Shown here: positions 21,096 to 29,693 of the stretch, in pieces
How the letters are laid out: each line of letters starts with the position of its first letter
How positions within the stretch are numbered: position 1 is the stretch's first letter
Assembly (NCBI GenBank): GCA_964632315.1
Contig: CAZWEM010000002.1
Coordinates: 1 to 64,000, forward strand
Length of the DNA stretch: 64,000 nt
From: an uncultured archaeon
GTDB lineage: Archaea > Asgardarchaeota > Lokiarchaeia > Sigyniarchaeales > SOKP01
Direction: 5' to 3'
Notes under the pieces: model-generated
Database searches by the model: none
Seen by the model: the letters and a program-made list of their open reading frames with translations, nothing else
Told to the model about the DNA's origin: nothing
Made by a program: the position numbers and the translations under genes

Positions 21096-21437
21096 TTAAG
21101 TCATTTGACTGAAAAGTGCTTGGAACTCTTCCTTTACATTAGTAAGTCCTAAATCCTCAAGTAAACTAGTTGCTCGCTTGCTTAAAGAATAAAATGATCT
21201 TGGTTCTGAACGTTTATACTCTACTCGTTTTTCATTCTTTATGAATTCTTTCTCCTTTAAGACATTGAGGTGATAATTTAGATTATTATCCGGAACTGAT
21301 GGAAGTAATTCTTTTAATTGACTAAATGAAAGCTTTTTTTTACTTGCTAATAAAGTGAGCAATATTTTATATCGCGTCTTCTCAGATATAATTTCAAGAT
21401 CTTTTCTCATTTTTTCATATTTTTGGGGTGTTTCCAA
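21096..21437 (-). CDS. ArsR-like winged-helix regulator
   Basis: TRYKILLTL..LSFSQL..NLNYHLNVLKEKEFI..YSLS. Confidence 0.8.
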   Translation of the reverse strand: METPQKYEKMRKDLEIISEKTRYKILLTLLASKKKLSFSQLKELLPSVPDNNLNYHLNVLKEKEFIKNEKRVEYKRSEPRSFYSLSKRATSLLEDLGLTNVKEEFQALFSQMT

Positions 21438-21515
21438 ATCTTCTCACCCTTCACTTTTATATTTAATATTTTATTAATTCTCATGTTAAATAGGGGTTTA
21501 GGATATTTATATTTA

Positions 21516-21533
21516 ACTCAATCATCATTGAGT
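21516..21533. promoter_or_regulatory. Inverted repeat ACTCAAT-N4-ATTGAGT, putative operator in a divergent promoter
   Basis: Perfect 7-bp arms beside a TTTATATTT box, between the ArsR-like gene and 21608. Confidence 0.5.
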
Positions 21534-21607
21534 CAAATCATTTTGGAATATAATAATTTATTAGATAAAAAGTTTTAAAACCTAAAAAAATTAATTTTAA
21601 GACTAAA

Positions 21608-22099
21608 ATGGAGCATTCGCATAAAGAGACTTGGGAAGAATTTTTGGATGAATTCATCAATGTATTTTCAATTTTTGACCTTTTAAAACATAAAATCTTT
21701 ATCTGTGGGTCCTATAATGAGGAAAATTTTCCAAGATTACTTCAAATCAAGGAGATCATCAATAATAGAGAAAATTCTGTTAGTTTTTTTGAAAAAGAAT
21801 TTAGAAGAACACATAATGAAAATCTAATCCTTAAATTCGATTTAATTGCAAAATTTTCTGACGAGATAATAATGGTTATAGAGCATGATAAAGGAGGTCA
21901 GATGATAGAAATGGGAATAATTTTAGCTGTTCCGGAATTTCATCATAAAACAAAAGTTTTCGTGCTCAAGAACGTAGATATGACTCACGTGCTTGAAAAA
22001 GGAGGATTATTAAATCCTTTTTTTACGGTTAATACAAATTTATTTTATTACGCTAATCCTGAAGAATTAAAAACGCTCATTTCAAAAAATTATTTCTAA
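21608..22099 (+). CDS. Hypothetical protein, nucleoside 2-deoxyribosyltransferase/TIR-like fold
   Basis: KIFICGS...SDEIIMV..GGQMIEMG pattern. Confidence 0.5.
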   Translation: MEHSHKETWEEFLDEFINVFSIFDLLKHKIFICGSYNEENFPRLLQIKEIINNRENSVSFFEKEFRRTHNENLILKFDLIAKFSDEIIMVIEHDKGGQMIEMGIILAVPEFHHKTKVFVLKNVDMTHVLEKGGLLNPFFTVNTNLFYYANPEELKTLISKNYF

Positions 22100-22218
22100 A
22101 TTCTTAGAGTGAAAATAATCCATATTTGATAATTACTTTTATATATCTAAAAATTTACATTATATTAATTCAGGAATATGGGATTCGTAATGCAATACAT
22201 GAGGGAGGATGAGTTTAT

Positions 22219-22848
22219 TTGGTTATTTCATTGATCAATTTCATAATTTTAATAATTTCTTTTGTTATTATGGGCTATACCTATATAATAAGCATTCAAC
22301 CAATGAAAAGAACAGAAAAGAAAGGAGAAAGAGCTTGGAAAGAATGTAAGACATATCGTTCGATAGGAGGGGTTTTTGAATTCGTATCCGTAATTAACAT
22401 GATTATATGGATTTGGTATCCTCTCCCCATTGTTGGTGAGTGGAAGATTAATGAAGATATTTGGGTTGGGATTATTATTGGACTCGCTATATTGATACCT
22501 GGACTATTTCTTGTTATTAAAGGAGTAATGGATGCAGGATCCGAAACACTTTCTCCATCTAAAGATACTAAAATGTATGGAGGAATATATAAGTATATTA
22601 GACATCCTCAAACACTGGGTGAGTTTCCGATGTTTGTTGCTATTAGCTTCATGCTTAATTCATGGTTCTTAGTTGTTCTTTCTGCTGTTTATATCATAGT
22701 GTATATCCCAATCATGATGTATTTTGAGGAGAAAGATCTCACGCGACGTTTTGGGGATAAATATCTTGAATATAAAAAACAGACAGGAGCCCTCTTTCCA
22801 AAAATATCAAATAGTAAACAAAGTAAAATGAGAGATGAGGGAGTTTGA
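22219..22848 (+). CDS. ICMT/PEMT-like membrane methyltransferase
   Basis: GIYKYIRHPQ, EEKDL..RFGDKY.EYKKQT. Confidence 0.85.
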   Translation: MVISLINFIILIISFVIMGYTYIISIQPMKRTEKKGERAWKECKTYRSIGGVFEFVSVINMIIWIWYPLPIVGEWKINEDIWVGIIIGLAILIPGLFLVIKGVMDAGSETLSPSKDTKMYGGIYKYIRHPQTLGEFPMFVAISFMLNSWFLVVLSAVYIIVYIPIMMYFEEKDLTRRFGDKYLEYKKQTGALFPKISNSKQSKMRDEGV

Positions 22849-23273
22849 CTGGCATTAGAAAGAACAAATGGTTATATATCGGTGCAATTTCTTTAATGAT
22901 ATATGCTATAATTGAAATAATTGATTGTATTACTTTCTTTTTAATAATTTTAAGCGTTGTTCCAAATTTTTCAGTGGATTTGTATCTTGCTTTTCCTGAA
23001 ATAAAACAATTATTCGTGTCTCAACCGATCTATTTAATGCCCATGGTTTTAAGTTTTACTTCAATGAGAGCTGTTGCCACGGTTGGACTCTTTAAGAACC
23101 GATTGTGGGGTTTTTGGGTTGGAATTTTAAGTTTAACCATGACCATGATCTGGGATATTATAATCATTCCGATTGGTTTCTTTGAACTCCTTGGTTGTGT
23201 CTTTATTTCAATAGTCCTTTTAATTGGCTATTTTGGAGATAAACTAATAATTAACGATTTAGAGATGAAATAA
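22845..23273 (+). CDS. Hypothetical membrane protein
   Basis: Four TMs; coupled to both neighbours. Confidence 0.7.
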   Translation: MTGIRKNKWLYIGAISLMIYAIIEIIDCITFFLIILSVVPNFSVDLYLAFPEIKQLFVSQPIYLMPMVLSFTSMRAVATVGLFKNRLWGFWVGILSLTMTMIWDIIIIPIGFFELLGCVFISIVLLIGYFGDKLIINDLEMK

Positions 23274-23806
23274 TGAAGAAAAAGGGGAAAATTACTACAC
23301 CTCAATTTGAATATGTTGAAAATGAAGTTAGAAAAGAGATCTTTGGTATTCTGAGTACCATAGACCAAGATGGAAAATCGCATTCTACTGGTATTATTTA
23401 TGCCATTTCTCCTCCAAGATCTAATTTCTCACTTTATATATTAACCGATAGAACGTATAAGAAGGTTAGAAATATACAGCATAATTCTTCCGTGTCGTTT
23501 GTCATTCCTTTTCCCCATTATTTACTTAGGTTCATTCCTTCCTCATGCGTTCAGTTCCAAGGTACCGCCAAAATACTCCCTTTTGAAGATTCAGAAGCAC
23601 AGCTGTCGTTTAAAATGGGAAAAAAAATGCTCAAAATGAATATAGAACAAGCAATTAAGGATAATCAAAACGGTGAAAATATTGTGTTTATCAAAATAAT
23701 CCCCAACCCGAAAATTTTTTGCTATGGATTAGGTATAAGCTTGATGCAACTTCGGAAAAATGTCGAAATTGGGAGTTACAGTGTTACAATTCCAAGGGGA
23801 AGATAA
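23273..23806 (+). CDS. Pyridoxamine 5'-phosphate oxidase-like (FMN/F420 split-barrel) protein
   Basis: GILSTIDQDGKSH, KKVRNIQHNSSVS, VQFQGTA. Confidence 0.8.
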   Translation: MKKKGKITTPQFEYVENEVRKEIFGILSTIDQDGKSHSTGIIYAISPPRSNFSLYILTDRTYKKVRNIQHNSSVSFVIPFPHYLLRFIPSSCVQFQGTAKILPFEDSEAQLSFKMGKKMLKMNIEQAIKDNQNGENIVFIKIIPNPKIFCYGLGISLMQLRKNVEIGSYSVTIPRGR

Positions 23807-23922
23807 GAAAAGTAAGTCCCAAATATTTTTTTCATCAATTTTCTTAGCTACATCTTTAATGTTAATTTCAAAAATCACATAGAATTCTCATTTAAGACGA
23901 AAAATTAAAAAGATTAAAAAAT

Positions 23923-24570
23923 CTAAAGTTTAGATTCTTCCTCAACATTAATCGCATCAGCTTTTTGTCCAACTTCAGTGATTGAGTCAAGAATTTTTTT
24001 ATGGAACACGGTTTCGATGTCAACCATGCTTTTTATAACCTTTTGCATTGTTTCCAATTTTTCTTTATTGAATGCTTCTGTTGCCGTCTTTACATCGGCC
24101 TCTTCTTTGTTAGCATTATCTTTAGCTGTTTTTAGCTCCGTTTCAGCATTTTCTATCTCATTTGGTTTAAGCTTTTCTGGTGGTTTGCTCTGAACTTTGC
24201 TCAAATGTTTCTCAGCTTTTTCAAGTTCCTTGGAAGCTTTTTGAGCTTCACTTTGTTCAGTATTGAGTTTTTGTAAGCTAACTATAAGCCCTTGTAAAGG
24301 AGCTATATATTCTTCACGAAGCCGCTTGACTTTTTCTGTGCTTTCTTTTTCAATAATGTCAAAAGTTGATGCTAATGAACTGATAGCTTGCCCTAAGGAT
24401 GGGGTCTCCGATTCTGCATATGTTTCTAATGCACCAATGGTTTTTTTTACCTCTTTTGTGACATTTTCTACTGCATTAATGTATTGATTACTTCCCTTGA
24501 TTAATTCATCAATCTGATTGCTTGTCATTCCTAAAGCATTAGACAAATTATCCATAAATTTTTTAAACAT
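23923..24570 (-). CDS. BAR-domain-like helical protein resembling FAM92/CIBAR
   Basis: YAESETPSL, VKRL..EYIAPL, IENAETEL, IETVFHKKILD resemble recalled FAM92A motifs; AAGGTG RBS. Confidence 0.7.
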   Translation of the reverse strand: MFKKFMDNLSNALGMTSNQIDELIKGSNQYINAVENVTKEVKKTIGALETYAESETPSLGQAISSLASTFDIIEKESTEKVKRLREEYIAPLQGLIVSLQKLNTEQSEAQKASKELEKAEKHLSKVQSKPPEKLKPNEIENAETELKTAKDNANKEEADVKTATEAFNKEKLETMQKVIKSMVDIETVFHKKILDSITEVGQKADAINVEEESKL

Positions 24571-24779
24571 TTTATTACACCTTTTTTAAATTTCTAGATT
24601 AATATTACTGAGGAGTTTAAATTCTTGATCTTTATAGAAATTTAACAAAATAACATGTAATAATTTTTTCAAACAATCAGAAGCGAATATATATCTATTA
24701 AATAAAAAAAAATTAGAATAGTTTGCTAAAAAGTCAGTATAATTTTGTGGTTTTATGAATATTCTTCGTTATTCTCGTC

Positions 24780-25097
24780 CTAAGATGATGAACCTGATGA
24801 ACCTGAAGACATCAAATTTACTAAGGATTCAGAGGTTATTACGGAATCGCATTTTGAACATGAGTGCAACACTACGGGCAATGCTCCAATTTTGTCTAAA
24901 TAGCGATCTACAAACTTTAAGGTATATTTCGCAATTCTTTTTATCATTTTTCCCCCAATTGGGACAACTTCTGCTTGAATATCTATGAAATTCTCATAAG
25001 TTTTCATGATGTCATCCTTAAACTTATCATCAATGGGAGTTGGGCTAATTTCAAGCCTTAATTCTAACTCTTCTTTACAATACGGACATTTCGGCAT
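24780..25097 (-). CDS. Split zinc-ribbon protein
   Basis: MPKCPYC ... CSKC with a long helical insert; Ser/Gly tail. Confidence 0.7.
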   Translation of the reverse strand: MPKCPYCKEELELRLEISPTPIDDKFKDDIMKTYENFIDIQAEVVPIGGKMIKRIAKYTLKFVDRYLDKIGALPVVLHSCSKCDSVITSESLVNLMSSGSSGSSS

Positions 25098-25330
25098 TTT
25101 AATTCACATTACATTATTTTAATTATTGAATATCTGAAATATAGGTATCATTCTATTTAAACGGTAGATCAATTTCTTTTTGCGCGCATTTCTATCAAAA
25201 ATTTAATATTCCATTAGCCTCTTAGCATTTCTCTTTATCGATGATAAAAAATTTGCTCGCAACTATTGCTAAATGATTGTTTAGTATAAATAAGATAAAA
25301 AAATCATTTTGATATTTCTTAAAGGGGAGG

Positions 25331-26113
25331 TTATAGTCCACTAAGGATAACCCAATCTGATGGATCAGAATTACTGAAATCATATCCTAATGAAGCAGAA
25401 TAAGCAATCTGCTCTTCACTTTTTATCATCATCGATCGATTGCTGATTCCTCTTGCTTGATAATTGGAAAGAAGAGTATCTGTTATCAACTGAAACCAAG
25501 ATATTACGGTATTAGATCGATAGATCGCAATATCAGTATTACACCCTTCTCTGCAATCACAATACCCTATCCATTGACCCTGATTTAATTCTTGACCTAA
25601 TGAAAGCCCCGTAGGCTCAATATTAACATGAAAGAATATAAAGGTTATGCTGGGATGTTCGATTGATTGGAGATGAACTTGCTGACCTCTTATCGTCCCA
25701 TCACTCAATATATGTTGCTCCCATTCGATTTTAATGACTTTTGTACGTACAGGAGAATAGACTTTGATAGTATCATTTGTAGATCCATAAGCGATTAGGG
25801 GATCAAAATAATGCTTATCTGAAGTAGGATTTTCATCTCCCGGATACCCATGCCCGATAGTTGAATGAAACTTGCTTATGGAGCCAATGTATTCTAAATC
25901 GATCCAATCATTTTCTACAAATTGCGGGATTGGCCCCGCTGAATCTAATAATGATGGTAAAAATAAGAACCCTAATATTCCTACAGTGCTCCCGATAACA
26001 ATAATTGTGATTATAATAATTACTAGCTTTTTTTTCTTCAAGTTTTGTCCCTTTTTATTTGAAAATATATGATTAATATTCTGATAATACAAGAAATATA
26101 AAAATATATTCAA
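25331..26113 (-). CDS. Membrane-anchored extracellular protein, possibly M23/hybrid-motif-like
   Basis: KKKK plus TM anchor (true start probably nearer 26038); SDKHYF, VYSP, FFHV, GQWIG. Confidence 0.6.
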   Translation of the reverse strand: MNIFLYFLYYQNINHIFSNKKGQNLKKKKLVIIIITIIVIGSTVGILGFLFLPSLLDSAGPIPQFVENDWIDLEYIGSISKFHSTIGHGYPGDENPTSDKHYFDPLIAYGSTNDTIKVYSPVRTKVIKIEWEQHILSDGTIRGQQVHLQSIEHPSITFIFFHVNIEPTGLSLGQELNQGQWIGYCDCREGCNTDIAIYRSNTVISWFQLITDTLLSNYQARGISNRSMMIKSEEQIAYSASLGYDFSNSDPSDWVILSGL

Positions 26114-26273
26114 ATGAATAGATTTGACTCTCTAAATTGAGAATAAAAAATAAAAAGTAATTAAAGGCTGAACTAAAAAGTATATTAATTGTTATGAATG
26201 AATACCAAATGAACATGGGGCTTAAAATAAGTCTATTTGTATTTGTCCTCTCTATAGTAAAGATGATAGAGAT

Positions 26274-26450
26274 ATGGTATATATAAAATCTCAAGACATG
26301 TGGTATTGTACAAAATGTCAAGATAAAGGTGATATTTGTTCTCCTTGGATGAAAAGTGAAGAAAAAAATCCTAATCGTGGATTCATCAAAGCAGCTAAAA
26401 AAAGACAAAAATCAGAACGGATAAAAAATAAGAGCAATACCAAACAATAG
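26274..26450 (+). CDS. Small (58 aa) or degenerate Zn-ribbon-like ORF
   Basis: MVYIKSQDMWYCTKCQ...; an in-frame CICPLY lies upstream but a TAA precedes it. Confidence 0.35.
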   Translation: MVYIKSQDMWYCTKCQDKGDICSPWMKSEEKNPNRGFIKAAKKRQKSERIKNKSNTKQ

Positions 26451-26494
26451 AAAGAGTATATTTACCAGATTAACTGGATCATAGAGAAGATTGA

Positions 26495-26902
26495 TTAAAC
26501 GCGCCTTCCGCGGTGACCGCCTTTTCTACGGCAATGGTCGTGTGAGCGCGGAGTGACTTCTTCAATCCGTCCGACTCGTAAACCTGCTCGGGCGAGTGCT
26601 CGGATACAAGCTTGAGCGCCTGGGCCGGGTGTTTGAGCCTTATTCCCTCCAGGGGCCCTGACCTTAATATGAATGCCTCGAATTCCTTTATCTCGTAAAT
26701 CATTTGCGACTCGGAAACCGCATTGCATTGCAGCATAAGGATTGGATTCATCCCGGTCAGCTTTTACTACCATTCCACCTGAACACTTGGAGAATGTTTC
26801 CGCTCCACTGAGATCAGTGGCTGTCACGATTGTATTATTATACGAGCTAAAGATGTGTACGATAGCCCATTTTTCGGAATCTTGCTTACTCATGTTATTC
26901 AC
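26495..26902 (-). CDS. rps11: 30S ribosomal protein S11 (uS11)
   Basis: [33 protein letters not shown]. Confidence 0.98.
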   Translation of the reverse strand: MNNMSKQDSEKWAIVHIFSSYNNTIVTATDLSGAETFSKCSGGMVVKADRDESNPYAAMQCGFRVANDLRDKGIRGIHIKVRAPGGNKAQTPGPGAQACIRALARAGLRVGRIEEVTPRSHDHCRRKGGHRGRRV

Positions 26903-26905
26903 TCA

Positions 26906-27403
26906 TTATTCTTTTGCTTGAATAAAAGGACTACTTGGAGCATATCTGATAAAGTCTTCATCTTCTTTCAGTACGATATGGGATGGAGCGTTAATGATCT
27001 TATCACCGATTGCGATATGTTTGTGGATTATTCTCTGTCGTGCTTCATAGACGGTTTTAGCTAAACCCTTTTCAAACACGAGAGTTTGCAGTCTTCTTTT
27101 TAATATGTCTTCAATTGAAATTAATAATACATCATCAAATGCCGCTTCCGGACCTAACACTCCAACTCTAGCTAGCTTTTTGATAAGTTCTTGCTGAACT
27201 ATCGCTGCTTCCTCATCGGGTAATTTTCGAGACTCTCGAGCCAGCTTACGCCAATTAGCAAGCATGGTTCGCATTTTCCAGAATTCACGCTTGTTTCGCA
27301 ATCCATATTTTCCGATGTATTCCAGTTCTTCCATTATCCTCTCTTTAATGTATGGATGCTTTGGTTTCTTAAACTTTTTTTTTAAACGACGTGGATCTCC
27401 CAT
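26906..27403 (-). CDS. rps4: 30S ribosomal protein S4 (uS4)
   Basis: MGDP, YGLRNKRE, RRLQT, ARQ.I.H.HI. Confidence 0.98.
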   Translation of the reverse strand: MGDPRRLKKKFKKPKHPYIKERIMEELEYIGKYGLRNKREFWKMRTMLANWRKLARESRKLPDEEAAIVQQELIKKLARVGVLGPEAAFDDVLLISIEDILKRRLQTLVFEKGLAKTVYEARQRIIHKHIAIGDKIINAPSHIVLKEDEDFIRYAPSSPFIQAKE

Positions 27404-27421
27404 CTTTCTTCACTTTTTGTA

Positions 27422-27919
27422 TTACTTTTTTTCGGCTTTCTTAATAAGTTTTTTACGCACTACTCCTATTACTAATCCATGGCGTCCTGTACTTCTAGTT
27501 CTTTGACCTCGTACTTTTAGTCCCAACCTATGACGAATACCTTTATAACTACGAATCCTTTTCATTCGATCAATGTCCTGCTTTACCTGGAGATCTAACC
27601 GATTTCCGAGGAAATGCAGATTCTCTCCGGTCCTGAAGTCTTTCTTTCGGTTGACCATCCACGCTGGGACGCCATGAGCAACAGGGTCTATTAGAATTTC
27701 TTCGATTTCATTCAAGTCTTTTTCAGCCATGGCTCCTATACGTGATCTCGGATCAACTTCGAGGATTTTTACAACTGCTTGGGCAATTCGTCTTCCAACA
27801 CCTCTAATTTGAGTTAATCCTTGTTCCACTAATGCATTCCCATCTACTTGGGATCGCAATTTCCTAAAAAAGACTTTTTCACGGAAATTTTTTGGTCGAA
27901 CAACGGGTAATGTAGTCAT
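27422..27919 (-). CDS. rps13: 30S ribosomal protein S13 (uS13)
   Basis: IRGVGRR, WMVNR.KD, SYKGIRH..GLKVRGQRT. Confidence 0.98.
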   Translation of the reverse strand: MTTLPVVRPKNFREKVFFRKLRSQVDGNALVEQGLTQIRGVGRRIAQAVVKILEVDPRSRIGAMAEKDLNEIEEILIDPVAHGVPAWMVNRKKDFRTGENLHFLGNRLDLQVKQDIDRMKRIRSYKGIRHRLGLKVRGQRTRSTGRHGLVIGVVRKKLIKKAEKK

Positions 27920-27994
27920 TTTTATTCAATATATTTCGATTTAGTTATTGTTTTTAATGTGAAATTTAATATTAATTTTGTGGTTTTTGGAAAG

Positions 27995-28030
27995 CCTTAA
28001 CTTAATTTAGGCGGTTTGTTTAAGTTAGGG
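27995..28030. promoter_or_regulatory. 11-bp inverted repeat upstream of rps13
   Basis: CCTTAACTTAA-N14-TTAAGTTAGGG next to a TTTAAA box at 28035-28040. Confidence 0.45.
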
Positions 28031-28097
28031 TAAGTTTAAAAACAGATAAGCACCCAGAAAGTTCAAAGTTGGAATGATAAAAAATTGATTGTGATAC

Positions 28098-29582
28098 TTA
28101 ATAATATGGTACTCTTTGTTTCTTGGTTAAGCGAGCATTGATATGATTTTTACATTTGGTTTTTTTTGATTTTGCAACTCTTTCCAAAAGAGGTAAGCCA
28201 GGTTTAACATCTTCTAATTTTTTTGATTCGATTAATCCTTCTTTAATAAGTTCTTCATACAATTCTTTACCTTTAGTGGTTCTAATCAAAATTGTATTCC
28301 ATCCTGCAGAAGATCCAATCGATCCTACGGAAATATCTGCACATTCAGAGGTTAAATCATAACATAATTCACAATCGGGTCTTGCTAGATGGGTGATTTC
28401 TTTCATTGGAATTGATAATTCTTCACCAGAATGTGTAAAGATAATAAATTTTCCCTTGTTGATATCAGCTTTTTTAATATCTTGAGATTTAACATTAAGT
28501 ATTTCACAGATTTTTAGAAATCCTTCTTTGAACGGGAATGATTCCATGCAAAAGATTCCTATTCGATAGCATACTTCTTTTAATCGGGGATGGTTAAAGT
28601 CGTAAATTCTTGATTTTAAAAGTGCTTGCATCTGACAAGGTACCCCAACAATCGCAATCTTTTTATCATTTATAGTTCGGTCATTTAACAAGCTTAAATT
28701 CGGATTATTTACATATTTAGTTCCCGCGCATGAAAGAGCTTCTTCAGTAGATTTAATTTTAAAGGGTATTGGTTTCCAAGCTTCTTCACTCATCCTTGCT
28801 CCAAGTGCGATGTCGATCTTATCATGATCCAACAAATAGTACAAGCAAGTAGTCGTTATCCCTCCATCCTGGCATATTTCTTTAATCGCTGATATTTTGG
28901 TGCGAGCAGAATAAGCTTCTATAAAGTGTCCGAATTTATCAACTTGATGGGGCTTATCTTCTTGAGAGATGGTCATGTGGAGCAATTCAGTTGGTAAAAT
29001 CGTCCTAGGACAGACTAAATAGCATAATCCACATTTTATGCATAAATCTTCGTTTATTGCTCCAAAGCCATTAATCATTGCAATGCATTTCATGGGACAG
29101 ACTGCAACACACATTCCGCAACCCGAACAGACTTTCGCATCAAAGATGACTTTAACAGGTTCATATACATTTTTTAAACGATCTGGATCTAAGTTTATCG
29201 CTTGCACGTTAATCTCTTTCAAATAAAGGTTATCGCTTCCATCGTTAGTAAAGATTTTATCGAAGGTTACAAGTTTTTCATGATTTAGCAGTTCTAGTAA
29301 GTAGAAAACGAGATTCAGTTGAATTAATTTTTTTTGTGCAAATTCTTTTAGAATCTTGAATTCTTGAATAGGTTTGTGTTTGATTAAATCAAATAACTCA
29401 TATTTTAGTTGCTCTAAATCAAACATATTAAAGAGAAGATCATAATATTCTTCTTCAGAATAAATTTCTCTAGCGATGATGTCTTCCTTGGCATCAATTA
29501 AAGCCCGGATTCTATATGAATCTAGGGTATCTTTAACAACTTTCAGAAATTCCCATGTTATTGGTTTCTCGTTATCCGTCAT
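28098..29582 (-). CDS. F420-dependent oxidoreductase beta subunit (FrhB/FpoF-like) with 2x[4Fe-4S] domain and N-terminal extension
   Basis: CSGCGMCVAVCP, CIKCGLCYLVCP, QDGG, GTKY, VGVPCQ, IGIFCMESF, ADISVGSIGS, GWNT. Confidence 0.92.
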   Translation of the reverse strand: MTDNEKPITWEFLKVVKDTLDSYRIRALIDAKEDIIAREIYSEEEYYDLLFNMFDLEQLKYELFDLIKHKPIQEFKILKEFAQKKLIQLNLVFYLLELLNHEKLVTFDKIFTNDGSDNLYLKEINVQAINLDPDRLKNVYEPVKVIFDAKVCSGCGMCVAVCPMKCIAMINGFGAINEDLCIKCGLCYLVCPRTILPTELLHMTISQEDKPHQVDKFGHFIEAYSARTKISAIKEICQDGGITTTCLYYLLDHDKIDIALGARMSEEAWKPIPFKIKSTEEALSCAGTKYVNNPNLSLLNDRTINDKKIAIVGVPCQMQALLKSRIYDFNHPRLKEVCYRIGIFCMESFPFKEGFLKICEILNVKSQDIKKADINKGKFIIFTHSGEELSIPMKEITHLARPDCELCYDLTSECADISVGSIGSSAGWNTILIRTTKGKELYEELIKEGLIESKKLEDVKPGLPLLERVAKSKKTKCKNHINARLTKKQRVPYY

Positions 29583-29652
29583 TTAAATTCAATATAACAT
29601 GTATTATATCAATAAATATTTTATACATCAACCGACTGCCCACGCAATGGAC

Positions 29653-29693
29653 ATGTTGCTTTTCAACCACTATGGTTTATTTGAAAAGTTCAT
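29653..29693 (-). promoter_or_regulatory. Candidate SECIS element overlapping the mvhD stop codon
   Basis: mRNA AUGA-A-CUUUUCAA-AUAAA-CCA-UAG-UGG-UUGAAAAG-CAA-CAU: perfect 8-bp helix, unpaired AAA, apical mini-stem; 3' side reads AA, not GA. Confidence 0.55.

Noticed and set aside
22219-22848. ICMT-like gene plus CPBP protease plus GTPase as a eukaryote-like CAAX processing pathway
   Set aside because: Both families are widespread in prokaryotes, the genes are unlinked, and the GTPase lacks a C-terminal Cys
26073-26408. 111-aa minus-strand ORF after rps11
   Set aside because: Phe/Ile-rich composition typical of a non-coding AT-rich frame; not RpoD
29540-29584. AUGA...AAA...UGA pattern at the start of the FrhB-like gene as a SECIS
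   Set aside because: The would-be helix II has only about 3 pairs and unequal strand lengths
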